A DNA stretch of 64,000 bases from Tubiluchus corallicola (lineage: Eukaryota > Animalia > Priapulida), in NCBI GenBank assembly GCA_030141605.1, contig JAQGDQ010000007.1:1413173-1477172 (forward strand), written 5' to 3'. Both the position numbers and the translations under genes were made by a program. Positions 25,634 to 37,570 of the stretch are shown piece by piece; within the stretch, counting starts at the first letter, position 1, and each line of letters opens with the position of its first letter. The notes under the pieces were generated by a model. The model was not told where the DNA came from, did no database searches, and saw only the letters and a program-made list of their open reading frames with translations.

Positions 25634-25672
25634 CGTGCGTGTGTGCGTGCGTGCGTGCGTGCGTGTGTGTGT
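25005..25672 (+). repeat. Microsatellite-flanked dispersed repeat, copy 2: (ATT)(ATC)n, core, (GT/GTGC)n
   Basis: Direct copy of 9062-9610, with an (ATC)n array at 25033-25126. Confidence 0.85.
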
Positions 25673-26871
25673 GGTGCTAAAACGTGGCAAAAATACTTGG
25701 AATTTGATACAACGTGTAAGTTCTTAACACATGATATACGTGAATTTGAATGAGTCGAATTAACAAATCAGCCTAGCTAAAAATACCCACACAAAATCAA
25801 ATATATTATGTGTGTGCACATACATATTCTCCTATCAATCCCATTTTTTGCTTTATTTGCGGTTTTATTTTATCAGTCAGTTAACAAATGACCTATTGAT
25901 GAAAATATATCACAACACAAATGCCGTTTTCAGATTTTTAAATTCAATAGCTAGCATAGGCTTTATCGTCTGACAATGACACATTTATCACTCTTCAGTC
26001 ACAAAGCCAGTAAACTAACGTTATATTTTATACAGAATGTACTGTCACAAAAATATGTTTAGGCGTGTAATATGAATCGTGTAAATGCTTTGTATATATA
26101 GTTCTTAATTTGTCTTAAGTTCATTAAAGATTATGTAAATTAGCGAAGCTGTTTTCTCGGTGGTATCAGTTGGATAGTCAACATTGGTTTTCTGTCAGAG
26201 TGCGCACTCTTTCCGTTTCGGTTGGGACAGGTGAACAGGTAGACAGGGACAGGTAGTCACTCAAATGTGACTTAGGTAAGTCAAATGTAGATGCGGTACT
26301 TTGAATAAATCGGTAACTAACTCATTTAAGAAATTACAAAAAGATAAACCAAATTAAAATTATATTTTATGGTCATGGTGCTATCGGCAGCAGCAATTTT
26401 TATTATATTTAATTAATTTGCAACTATTTGTATGGACGTTAATACATTTTTCAAATGTAAAGAAAATGTTTATCTGATAAGAAGCACCGCATTCTATTTC
26501 TTTGAGTTCAGTGGTTGCTGGAGTTTGAGAGCCAAACAAGACAAGCCTGCTCCTGCCTTCCCAGGTCTTGTCTCCCAACTGTTTCGGCGTGAATGTGAGG
26601 GAGTGGTGAACCTTCAAGGGTAAATTCGTTTTCTTTGTGTTTTTATGTCTAGCCAGCTATTCGTTCTTTTTCGGTTATAAAATCACTCTTTCCAACAGTA
26701 ACATTTAGTTTTACAAAATTAGTGGGTTTGTCAGGATTTTGGTCGGGCCTTATACTCTTTCAAAGCTAGTAAATGTCTCCCAGTTGCATGTTTCCGGATG
26801 TCGACCTCGAACCGAGGCCTCTCGCTCACCGATAACTCTGGCTCGAATCGTCCAGGGGTGATTACTACGGT

Positions 26872-29800
26872 GCACTAGATGCTGCATTGATTATAGAGCC
26901 CTAAATGCAATTACCATCAAAGACAGTTATCCTTTACCCTGTATAGATGACTCGATAGATGCACTATCAGGCTCTGAATGGTTTTCCACCCTTGACTTGA
27001 AATCTGGGTATCACCAGGTCGAAATGCACCCTAACGACAAGGAGAAGACGGCTTTCATTACACATAGAGGCCTCTGGCAATTCAAGGCTATGCCTTTTTT
27101 ATGGAGCAGGTCCTGACTGGCCTTCATTGGCGTACCCTACTAATCTACCTCGATGACGTGATAGTTTATGGCCACACCTTTGACGAACACTTGGAGCGTC
27201 TACAAGAGGTCTTCACTCGCTTCCAAGCAGCCGGACTGAAACTTAACGCTGAGAAATGTCTACTTACACAAAAGCAGGTAACTTACCTTGGACACATTGT
27301 CAGTTCCCAAGGAGTACACACCGATCCTGCAAAAACTGATGCAGTAGCGAAATGGCCTATACCAACAAACTTGACTGAGCTACGTAGTTTTCTTGGCCTT
27401 TGTACATACTACAGGCGCTTCATCAAAGACTTTGCAAAAATAGCAGCTCCACTGCACGAACTAACTCGTAAACATCAACCTTTCTTGTGGCAACAAGACC
27501 AGCTGCAGTCTTTTGAGAGACTTAAAGCCTTGCTTACTTCCTCCCCTGTACTAGCGCATCCTCATTTCGATAGAGATTTCATACTTGACACCGATGCTAG
27601 TAATGTCGCCATCGGTGCTGTACTCTCTCAAGTTCAAAATGGACACGAACGTGTAATTGCCTATTACAGTCAAACACTTAACCCCGCAGAACGCAATTAC
27701 TGTGCCACTAGACGTGAACTCCTGGCCGTGATAAAAGCGGTGACCAACTTCCATCACTATCTTTACGGAAAACTCTTTTCTATACGTACCGACCATGCGG
27801 CACTTCGCTGGCTTCGCACGCTTAAGCGCCCGGAAGGCCAATTAGCTCGATGGCTTGCGAAATTGGACCAATATCAGTACAAGATAGAGCATAGGCCCGG
27901 TAAAAGTCACGCGAATGCAGACGCGCTGTCTAGACGGCCATGCGAACACGAATGCTCTCATTGCAACAAACGTGAAATAAAATTTGAAACGCTAAGAACA
28001 GCTAACAATTCAAAAGCTGAAAATAGCAAAAATGCCTTACAGCCAGCCTGGAGAAGTAAAATTGACAGTGAAATTATTCAGGCATCAAAATGTGTGAAAC
28101 CAGAAATCACTGAATCGGCAAAATTTGTCAAAGTCGGTACAACTTTGCGTGATACTGAATTAGATTTTAAAGAAGGTCAATTAAATGATAAAGATCTAGC
28201 ACCCGTCATAGCGTTTCTTGAAACGTCAAGCGAAAAACCAACATGGGAACAGCGATCACCCCTTAGTAGAAACGCTAAAGCGGTTTTAGCGCATTGGGAC
28301 ACACTGCGTTTAAGAGATGGCATTTTGCAGCGGAAATGGGAAAGCCCTGAAGGGAGTCTTCTCGCTGGCAATGGTTAGTCCCTCGCGCTTTTCGCGAAAA
28401 AGTTTTAACGGAAATGCATTCATCTCCAACTGCAGGCCATTTTGGACAAAACAAAACTCTCGATTTACTGCGGCAGCGCTTGTTTTGGCCGGGAATGCGG
28501 CAAGATGTTGAAATATGGACGCGAACTTGCGAAATTTGTTGCAAGAAAAAGGGGCCGCAGCGAAAACCTCGTGCACCTTTACAACTATACCGTGTGGGCG
28601 CGCCTATGGAACGAATCGCCATTGACGTGGCAGGTCCTTTTCCGTTGTCTAATTCTAACAACAAATACATATTAGTTGCAATGGATTATTTCACAAAATG
28701 GCCGTAATGCTATCCCTTACCGAACCAAGAAGCCGAGACTATAGCTGCAGTATTGGTAAACGATTTCTTTTGCCGATTTGGGTTACCAAACGAAATTCAT
28801 TCAGACCAAGGCCGAAATTTTGAAAGTAAGGTCTTTCAGCAATGCTGTAATCTTATGGGTATTGAGAAAACTCGAACGACTGCGCTTAACCCAAAAAGCG
28901 ATGGAATGTGCGAGCGCTTTATAAGGACCATTTCCCGACAGCTTGCGCAATTCAGTAGTGCCCACCAGCGTGATTGGGATGAAAAGATCCCTTTGTTTTT
29001 GCTTTCATACAGATCGGCTGTACATGACTCAACTGGATTCACCCCTGCTCAAGCCATGTTTGGTTGAGAATTAAGGCTGCCTCTTGATCTATTAACAGGA
29101 CGCCCACCTTCAAACATTGATTCAAGTACTGTCGTTCAGTATGTTAAAAATCTTGAGAATCGTCTACATGACGTTCACCATTTCATCAGAGAAAACCTTC
29201 GCATTTCCCATGAAACAATGCGTAGACGCTATAATGTCCGTTCTCGTTATGTTCAATTTTCTGTTGGGGAAAAAGTTTGGTTTTTTAACCCTCAGCGTAA
29301 AATCGGTCGCAGTCCAAAGCTTCAGTCTGATTGGCTGGGACCTTATGAAATCATAACACGTCTCTCAGATGTTGTCTATCGTATACGTTTGCCGGGACCA
29401 AGAGAAAGATGCAAAATTGTTCATGCAGATCGTCTGTGGCGTTATACGCCAGCCACTGGATTTTCCTGGACACCTGGTGAAACGCCTTCACTCAATGAAT
29501 TATCTGACAGCCAAGCTACAGTAACTTATAGCCTTGATCCCGAAGTTAGTGCCGATAAATCCAATGCCGATCCATCGGGTATCGATAAATCTAAATCTGA
29601 ACAGAACATTGAACTCGAGCCACAACTGACAGCACTTGATCGTTCTGTATCTCTCGATTCTTTCGGATTGCCGCCACCTCCATACTCACCATGCAGAATA
29701 GCTGATTATAATGATGAGCACAATGAAAATGCATCGAGTTTTCCAGCCCAAATTCCAGAACTACTTAATTCCTCCATGCCAGCCTTAACTCCTATTCGTG

Positions 29801-30453
29801 ATCAACTTTCCCTTCCCCATGACAATTCATCCAACGGTGATGTACGGCTTTCATTGCCCACCTTATCTCCGCCTATACCAAAACCTCGAACATCCACTCC
29901 CAAAAGAGTTGATTTTCCCGGCTCAACTACTCTTAGTTTACTTGGCACAGCCGACTCTGCTGAATTTATTCCCGACGAATCAACTCGACAACTCATTAAC
30001 GAATGGCTTCCTGGTAGCTCCAGTTCAGCAATTGCTGAGGACTCCTCTGAAAAGGCCGGCGATAGTGTACGCACGCCTCTTTCGGGCGAGCAGTCTACCT
30101 AGGTGAACCATTCTAGGAGCAATGTTGAGTGTAATCTTGAAATAAACAATAGAAAAACTGTTGATAGACAACCCAAATCGTTTCAATCCAATCATAATGT
30201 AACCTCACAACCTACGTTACCGGATCCTATTCTCTCTCCAACTTCTATTAATCCTGTTCTCGTATCAAGCGAGACCCATTCTAGCACACCACTAACCTTT
30301 TTGGAAGCCAATGCAGCCGATGACGTCCAGTTGCCGTCCAGTCCTCCCCGACCTTACCCCCGCAGGTCAAGACAACCTACAACCCACTATGGAAACTTCG
30401 CCTATGAAGACCCTACTGCACATCGAATACGCAATCCGAGACTTGAGAAATGA
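26872..30453 (+). pseudogene. Gypsy pol (RT, RNase H, integrase, Pro/Ser-rich tail), disrupted
   Basis: CIDYRALN, FSTLDLKSGYHQV, YLDD, TDAS, TDH, H..GH..C..C zinc finger, DYFTKW, HSDQG, DGMCER and GPY motifs. The GL.NAP segment is deleted at ~27100, with a frameshift at ~28360 and stops at 28705, 29065 and 30100. Confidence 0.92.
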
Positions 30454-32248
30454 AATGCTAGGAGAGTTCTGTCATCTTAACCCTCACTTTACAAGCAAGA
30501 AAATGCTCGAGTTTAGATGCACTCATAGAATTACTTACGCGAAACATTTTCGTAATTCCAGCAACTATTCTATGTGACACATCCACATTAGCACTTAAGA
30601 ATGGAGTTGTAACTACTTACACATGTCAAATTCGAAAATACGTGACTAGATGCTTGTTTAACTCGAAGTATATAATTTACTTAATAAGCATGTTTCAAAA
30701 TGTAAAAAAAAATATTTTTTTGCAGCTGAGGAACCAAGAATTGAACATATTTCCTTGGCTGTATATTGATTACCTCATGTCAATGATGTCATTATTATTG
30801 TTGTCGTATTTTGTGAAAAAATGGAATTTTCACTCTTCTTTAAGGAGAGGAGGAGAGGCGAATATATTAGTTTTTGTTCTATATTCTTAAGTGGCCGTAT
30901 TGGAAATCAACTGTGTATTCTTTAATTAAATTTTGAGTTTTTTTCTTGAATGGAATTTAAAAAAAAGGATAATTGTTCTGTAAATAGTTATTGCAAATTG
31001 TCATTTGTTCTAACATTAATCTCGAGAGATAAATGGCAGAACAAATATTTCATTTTTGCTAAACAATTACCGTTTGTTTAGACTGTTTCAGCTATGATGT
31101 ACGAGTAGATAGTCGTGATCGAAATTCTCAATTTCGTTGTTTTAAGTCAACCGATTCCAGTTGATGCCTAGTTCTAATTAGTCTTTTTCGATAATTGACG
31201 TTTTGTTGTTGTTGCTTTCGTTCTTCGAGGTCCTATTTCTAGCTTCGCGACAAAGCCTTGCCCGTTGGCTACCATGTGAACAGAGCGACTTTGACCACTG
31301 ACCAGCCCTCGGTTGCGTAAGTTAATCGAACACGGTAAGGTGTTAAATTTTTTTTAGAAGTTAAGTTGTCAGCATTGTTGTTGCTTATTAAAGATGTTGA
31401 TTTATTTAAAGATAAAGTGGCATATAACTTTTTGTTTTTGGTTTCCCGCTATGAATATAGTTGGTGTAAGCAGATTTACTACCTTTTTTCTGTTGTACAG
31501 CACAGCTATTTTGGAAATTTATGGAGAATCGACGTTTTTCGCCATAGGAGCCAATACTTAAGCTCAATAAATCTTATGCTGGGTCTGCAGTGGAAATTCA
31601 CTTGAACTAACTGTATGCTTGACATGCGTACTAGCGTTCATCTTTTCCAGGCAAGCTCTACCAACCCAGGTGTTACACCCGTGGTATCGGATGCGTTGTT
31701 GCTTGACTAAGGGCTAGTCCACACCACACACCTTACTTGCATTTGCTTATTGAGACATAGTTGGTACTGGTGAATCGTTAAGAATCGCAGATCGTGCGGA
31801 TTATTTACACTACGTTACGTTTATTTACGGATAGCGGATATCTGATTACATTTATTTCGTTCATTTTTGCATTTTTACGTAGACATACTTAGGCATATTT
31901 AGTTGGAAGTTTTTTTAAGTCGACTCGCCGTTATATAAAAATTGTTGTTACTAGAAATGTAATGTTTAACTTTAATTTATTCATACAAGAAATCTGACAT
32001 TGACTTCATCTTCTAGTTTGTAATTCGGTAGGCGTTATGCACTAGCTCATGTTGTTTTGTAGAATTGCCAGTCTTTGCAAAATATTTCTGTGATTCTATT
32101 TGATTAATGGAAGGAAAAACTTTTTGTATTGCCGATTAGCAGTGCTCGAACTTGCTTTCTGGTCTGTGTAGGTAGCTGTTCTTCTCCCTCCCGATGGAAG
32201 ACTAGATCTTCAAAGAAGGGACTTCTTTGTCTGGAGGAAGGGGGACAG

Positions 32249-32666
32249 TGTACTGCAGGGCTGTGATGAGGTAGTGTAATACTGGCAGGAGAATACAGCA
32301 GACTTCTCAGGTGTGCGTGTGAACTAGCACACGTCCGGCTTTAACTAGCACATAGACGCTTATTCTGACCTTGTGTTAGTGGGAGCCACTAGTCACGTGC
32401 ACACCTGAGCTTATAAAAATGGTAGGTCTGCTGTAGATCCTTGTCAGTGGTCAGTGGGCGTCTCATCTCATCTCAGCTCTGTTCGCACTTCATCAGGCTT
32501 TCTGTTGCTCCATTCGGAAAGCTATCTGGAACAGTTATTTTGTTTGGGTAATAAATTGTCATTTTTATTTTATTCATTTTGGTTTTTGTCTTTGAGTCAT
32601 GCCGCACGGTGTAGGCCGCGGTGCCATCCGTTCTGCTTCCACTAAAAGTGGAGAGCAGTCCAGTAT
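32249..32666 (+). repeat. 3' LTR of the Gypsy element (right end approximate)
   Basis: PPT ggaggaagggggacag immediately followed by TGTACTG. TATAAAA at ~32411, AATAAA at ~32550, and cagta (inverse of the start) at ~32661-32665. Confidence 0.65.
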
Positions 32667-35329
32667 TATCAGTTTATAACACATAGATTTTGCGCGATGA
32701 GCATCTGCATGAGCACATCTTGCATCAGTGGACATCTTCTCGACCACATCCACCCAATTTTTTGAAAAAGTGCATAAAAACAGAAATCGGCTCGCATCTT
32801 GAAATCTTTGCACAGAGTTCAAATGCTTTTTGAAAAGAGATGCATTCAAATTGCTGCGTTCTAAATGTATATGCATATTTCTATATGCATCATATCTATT
32901 AGTAATTGTTACCACCAGAATTACTGAGTTTCCCATTGCCGTTAATAATTCGAAACCACGCGGAATTTTCGCTTATTGACTAGATAATAATAATAGTAAT
33001 AGAAATAATAACAAAACAACGACGACGATGACAACAGCAACGACAACAGCAGCAACAGTACTACAACAGTATCTTCCCAGTTATGCGCAAAATATTTTAA
33101 GGGCGTCCTTCCGACTTGTAGTTGCTAGTGTTATGTTAAGTAGGTTATGGTTATTCTGCCAATATATCCATGACCCATGCTTAAGCTAAGTTCTTTTAAT
33201 TTCAGTAAAAACAAATTAAGCACAAAATAAAGTTGGCCAACTGATCAACTATCATAAGCTATATAATAATAAGCTATTCATCCGGCAAATGAAGAAGTAG
33301 ATTCCCCTGTAATGTTGTAATAATAAATTTGTGCAAATAGTAAATGCAGATTACACAGGCTATAATGTTGATCACACACTTACCTCTTAGTCTTATTGGA
33401 ACATGCCTCCGCCTATAACCTTTTCTATTGTACACACCACGACTTTCACCTGGCTGAGCCATAAAAGTAATACAAATGAATAGTCCAATGATGGAACGCT
33501 AAAAACAAACAAGTAAAATAGCTTTTACTATAAGAAATGCACATTTTAAACTTGTTGAAGAGTTAAAAACGGTTTTATTAAATAAAACTTGCCGATTAGT
33601 GAGTAAATGTTCCAACATCCTCATTACTTTATCTAACTGTTTCAAACGTTTTTCATTGTTTTCAAATTCAAGTACATTAAACTATATTAAGTACTTAACA
33701 TTTACCCATTTGTTATTTGATATAGAAGCCATATTTGCCGAAAAGAATTTTTCTGTAGTAACTAAAACAGTGTTTACGCAGAAAACGCAGAAAACCTTCT
33801 GTTAGCAATTGCGCCAGAAAGTGCCATCGTGCTCTGTAAATTACTGTTACACGTCGCGCTAGAACCGGTCAAGCACAAAACTTGAAAAGTGATATCAAAA
33901 TAGGTACTGACATATAATTAAAATCAGAAAATCGTATTGTCGTGCATGTAAGAAGTTTGCATCGAGCAAAGGACATGTTTATAAAGTTACTGACCCCGTA
34001 CCATGTACGATTAATTTGTTCCGTGAGAACGCATTTATAACTCATTAATATTTTACACTTGTCAATGTTTCCTGAATCGTTGATAATTTTAGTGCAATGG
34101 TGTCAAATTATATCTTATACAAAGGAATTTCATATCATCATGAGAAAATAATGTAGGCTAATGTAATGTAAATTAATGTAATGTAATGTAAAATAATGTA
34201 AATTTAGTGTGACCGAAAATAATGTAGCCTAAACTTCGCGTGACCATTTGAACTATTAACTAGTTTTTAATGGTTGTCTTAGATTACGTGCTTGCAGCAG
34301 TAACACAGTTTTTAATGTTAATTTAAATTAAAGTGCTTAGCTAAGACATCTTCAACTATAATCGTAATGCAACACTAATTAATACTAGAAGTTAATATGC
34401 AGTTCTAATAAAAAATAGCACGTTTTTCACCATCAAGTACTGCAACAATCTAGCATTATAGCCTTAAGCTGGATAGCTTTACCTGCAGGTAACATAAAAT
34501 TTGCAGCTTAATGTGTTAGATCGGTAAGTATGGAATTTCTTTCATCGGCAAAACAAACATTTAATTCTAGTAATATGCAGTCTTTAAATCGTTACTTTTT
34601 TGCATAGATCAGCAAAACACTAAATGTTCCTCATTGATGACATACATTTTTAAACGTTCTTGCTTCAAAACAACGGCGATACTTGAATAGGTGTCAACGT
34701 AGGAAGCAATCTACTTAATTAAAAACAATCAACATAATTTACGGGAAATCACAACTAGCGCTTTTAAACAACTTGCCCTTTTTTGCCCCAAAAATGACCA
34801 AATTAATTTATAATTTTAACACATTTAATTTAACAGATCATTTCCGTAAGTACGAAATCCACAGTACCGAAAAAACACTCGCACAAAGCACCGTCGCAAA
34901 TCTAGCACAGCACACAAATTTTCAAGAATGTGGTACACAAATATAAAAGAAACCGTTTACCTTGGGATAAACAAATAAACACTGGAATATAACAGTTTTG
35001 GGGTGTTTTCGGGAGAACAAAATTTGCAGCAAAGCTCTTAATGGTGACAAACAGAAAACATAAGCTTCGACCTTATAATTTTTCTTTGGTCAAATATTGT
35101 AACGTTGACGTCGGCCAAGAAGTTCAAGGTTCAAGTCGGCAATGATGCGAGCTTCAGTTTGTTACAAACAATACCAAAAACGTGAAAACTAAACAGGAAT
35201 TTGAAGGAATAACGTGCATAAATTTTCTCTTACCGCCTCTATTGCTGGCTGTTTTACGGAACCGGTGCTTCGATGGAAAACGCACTGCCCACGCTCTTAA
35301 TGAATTAACCGGAACAATTACGTGCCTGC

Positions 35330-37570
35330 AAATGTAGGTAAAATGGCACAGTAAAAATTGCATAGGAAAAAACAGCACAAATGAAAACGCAGGAAAAAAA
35401 GTTGTATATATGTTATTTTGATGCATATAATTTGTATGACAAGACTAGAATGCGCTCAGCAGGAAACAGACCTCCGCCAAGGTCGAAAAACCCGTTCGTT
35501 CTTTCAATAGAAAAAACTAAAAACAAAGTTTTATAATAACATGCTATAATATACCTATATAAGTATTATATAGACTAGCAAAGGACCCAAAATATTTTGT
35601 TTATTAAACAGAATTATAATGAATAATGCACAAACGTTTCACATGGTGTTTGTCTACATTTCTTTAACCATTTTGCTTTGGTAATAGACTGATAAACGTA
35701 ACTAGCTCGTAGTTGTTTGCCCTGGTAGAGATAATAAAACAAGAATTCCCCTCTCTTGTAGCTAAGTCCTCATCTTCCCAAAAAGCTATAGCACTCCGTC
35801 TGAAACCTCCACGTAATTGCGTCACCAGTGTTGTCTGTGCGTAGTATTCGAGACCTCTACGAATTGCTTCACCAATGTTTTCTGTGCGTAGTATTCGAGA
35901 CCTCTACGAATTGCTTCACCAGTGTTTTCTGTGCGTAGTATTCGAGACCTCTACGAATTGCTTCACCAATGTTTTCTGTGCGTAGTATTCGAGACCTCTA
36001 CGAATTGCTTCACCAGTGTTTTCTGTGCGTAGTATTCGAGACCTCTACGAATTGCTTCACCAGTGTTTTCTGTGCGTAGTATTCGAGACCTCTACGAATT
36101 GCTTCACCAATGTTTTCTGTGCGTAGTATTCGAGACCTCTACGAATTGCTTCACCAGTGTTTTCTGTGCGTAGTATTCGAGACCTCTACGAATTGCTTCA
36201 CCAATGTTTTCTGTGCGTAGTATTCGAGACCTCTACGAATTGCGTCACCAGTGTTTTCTGTGCGTAGTATTCGAGACCTCTACGAATTGCTTCACCAATG
36301 TTTTCTGTACGTAGTATTCGAGACCTCTACGAAATGCGTCACCAGTGTTTTCTGTACGTAGTATTCGAGACCTCTACGAATTGCTTCACCAATGTTTTCT
36401 GTGCGTAGTATTCGAGACCTCTACGAATTGCTTCACCAATGTTTTCTGTGCGTAGTATTCGAGACCTCTACGAATTGCTTCACCAGTGTTTTCTGTGCGT
36501 AGTATTCGAGACCTCTACGAATTGCTTCACCAATGCTTTCTGTGCGTAGTATTCGAGACCTCTACGAATTGCGTCACCAGTGTTTTCTGTGCGTAGTATT
36601 CGAGACCTCTACGAATTGCTTCACCAATGTTTTCTGTACGTAGTATTCGAGACCTCTACGAATTGCTTCACCAGTGTTTTCTGTACGTAGTATTCGAGAC
36701 CTCTACGAATTGCTTCACCAATGTTTTCTGTGCGTAGTATTCGAGACCTCTACGAATTGCGTCACCAGTGTTTTCTGTGCGTAGTATTCGAGGCCTCTAC
36801 GAATTGCGTCACCAGTGTTTTCTGTACGTAGTATTCGAGACCTCTACGAATTGCTTCACCAATGTTTTCTGTGCGTAGTATTCGAGACCTCTACGAATTG
36901 CTTCACCAGTGTTTTCTGTGCGTAGTATTCGAGACCTCTACGAATTGCTTCACCAATGTTTTCTGTGCGTAGTATTCGAGACCTCTACGAATTGCTTCAC
37001 CAATGTTTTCTGTGCGTAGTATTCGAGACCTCTACGAATTGCGTCACCAGTGTTTTCTGTACGTAGTATTCGAGACCTCTACGAATTGCTTCACCAATGT
37101 TTTCTGTACGTAGTATTCGAGACCTCTACGAATTGCTTCACCAGTGTTTTCTGTGCGTAGTATTCGAGACCTCTACGAATTGCTTCACCAATGTTTTCTG
37201 TGCGTAGTGTTCGGTCAGGTTTTGTGAAAACAAAGAACGTGCGAAAAAACATATACTTTTCTTGGCAGTACTGCTCCATCCCCAATCCAGGAATCTGGTA
37301 AAAATTGTGTCTTTCTTGTCTCCTACTCTCATAGAAATCTATTAGGTGGGCCTTTGGGTAATAGACTTGCAGCTATAGACAGGCAAAAAACAAACAGCAT
37401 GAAGCATAACTTCCTTGGTAGAGGTCAAAATAACGAAAATAATTATCCCGAACAATAACTCTAATTCAGAGCTCATGTTGTGTAAGTCGTTTGTCCCTCT
37501 TTTCCTATTTTTCCATTTGCACACTTTTTCCTTTTTTTCCTATGCCATTTTGACTTACGTCATTTTACCG
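35330..37570. mobile_element. Second copy of composite MITE/HINE-like element carrying an expanded minisatellite
   Basis: gtaaaatggcacag start, actagaatgcgctcag, inverted pair gacctccgccaagg (35469) / ccttggtagaggtc (37413), and gccatttt repeats at the end. Colinear with 3898-4792. Confidence 0.7.
35802..37212. repeat. 47-bp minisatellite, ~30 copies
   Basis: Unit gagacctctacgaattgcttcaccaatgttttctgtgcgtagtattc with exact 47-nt period (35850, 35897 ... 37166) and mainly three variable positions. Confidence 0.97.

Larger units (their letters stand above)
26870..32666 (+). mobile_element. 5'-truncated Ty3/Gypsy LTR retrotransposon
   Basis: RT-RNaseH-integrase order, polypurine tract and 3' LTR present. 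No gag, protease or 5' LTR seen. Confidence 0.9.

Noticed and set aside
27551-30074. Antisense and overlapping ORFs within Gypsy pol
   Set aside because: Shadow frames of a coding sequence with no independent motifs.
35802-37212. CRISPR-like appearance of the regular repeat array
   Set aside because: Units are contiguous with no unique spacers, there are no cas genes, and the context is eukaryotic. It is a minisatellite.
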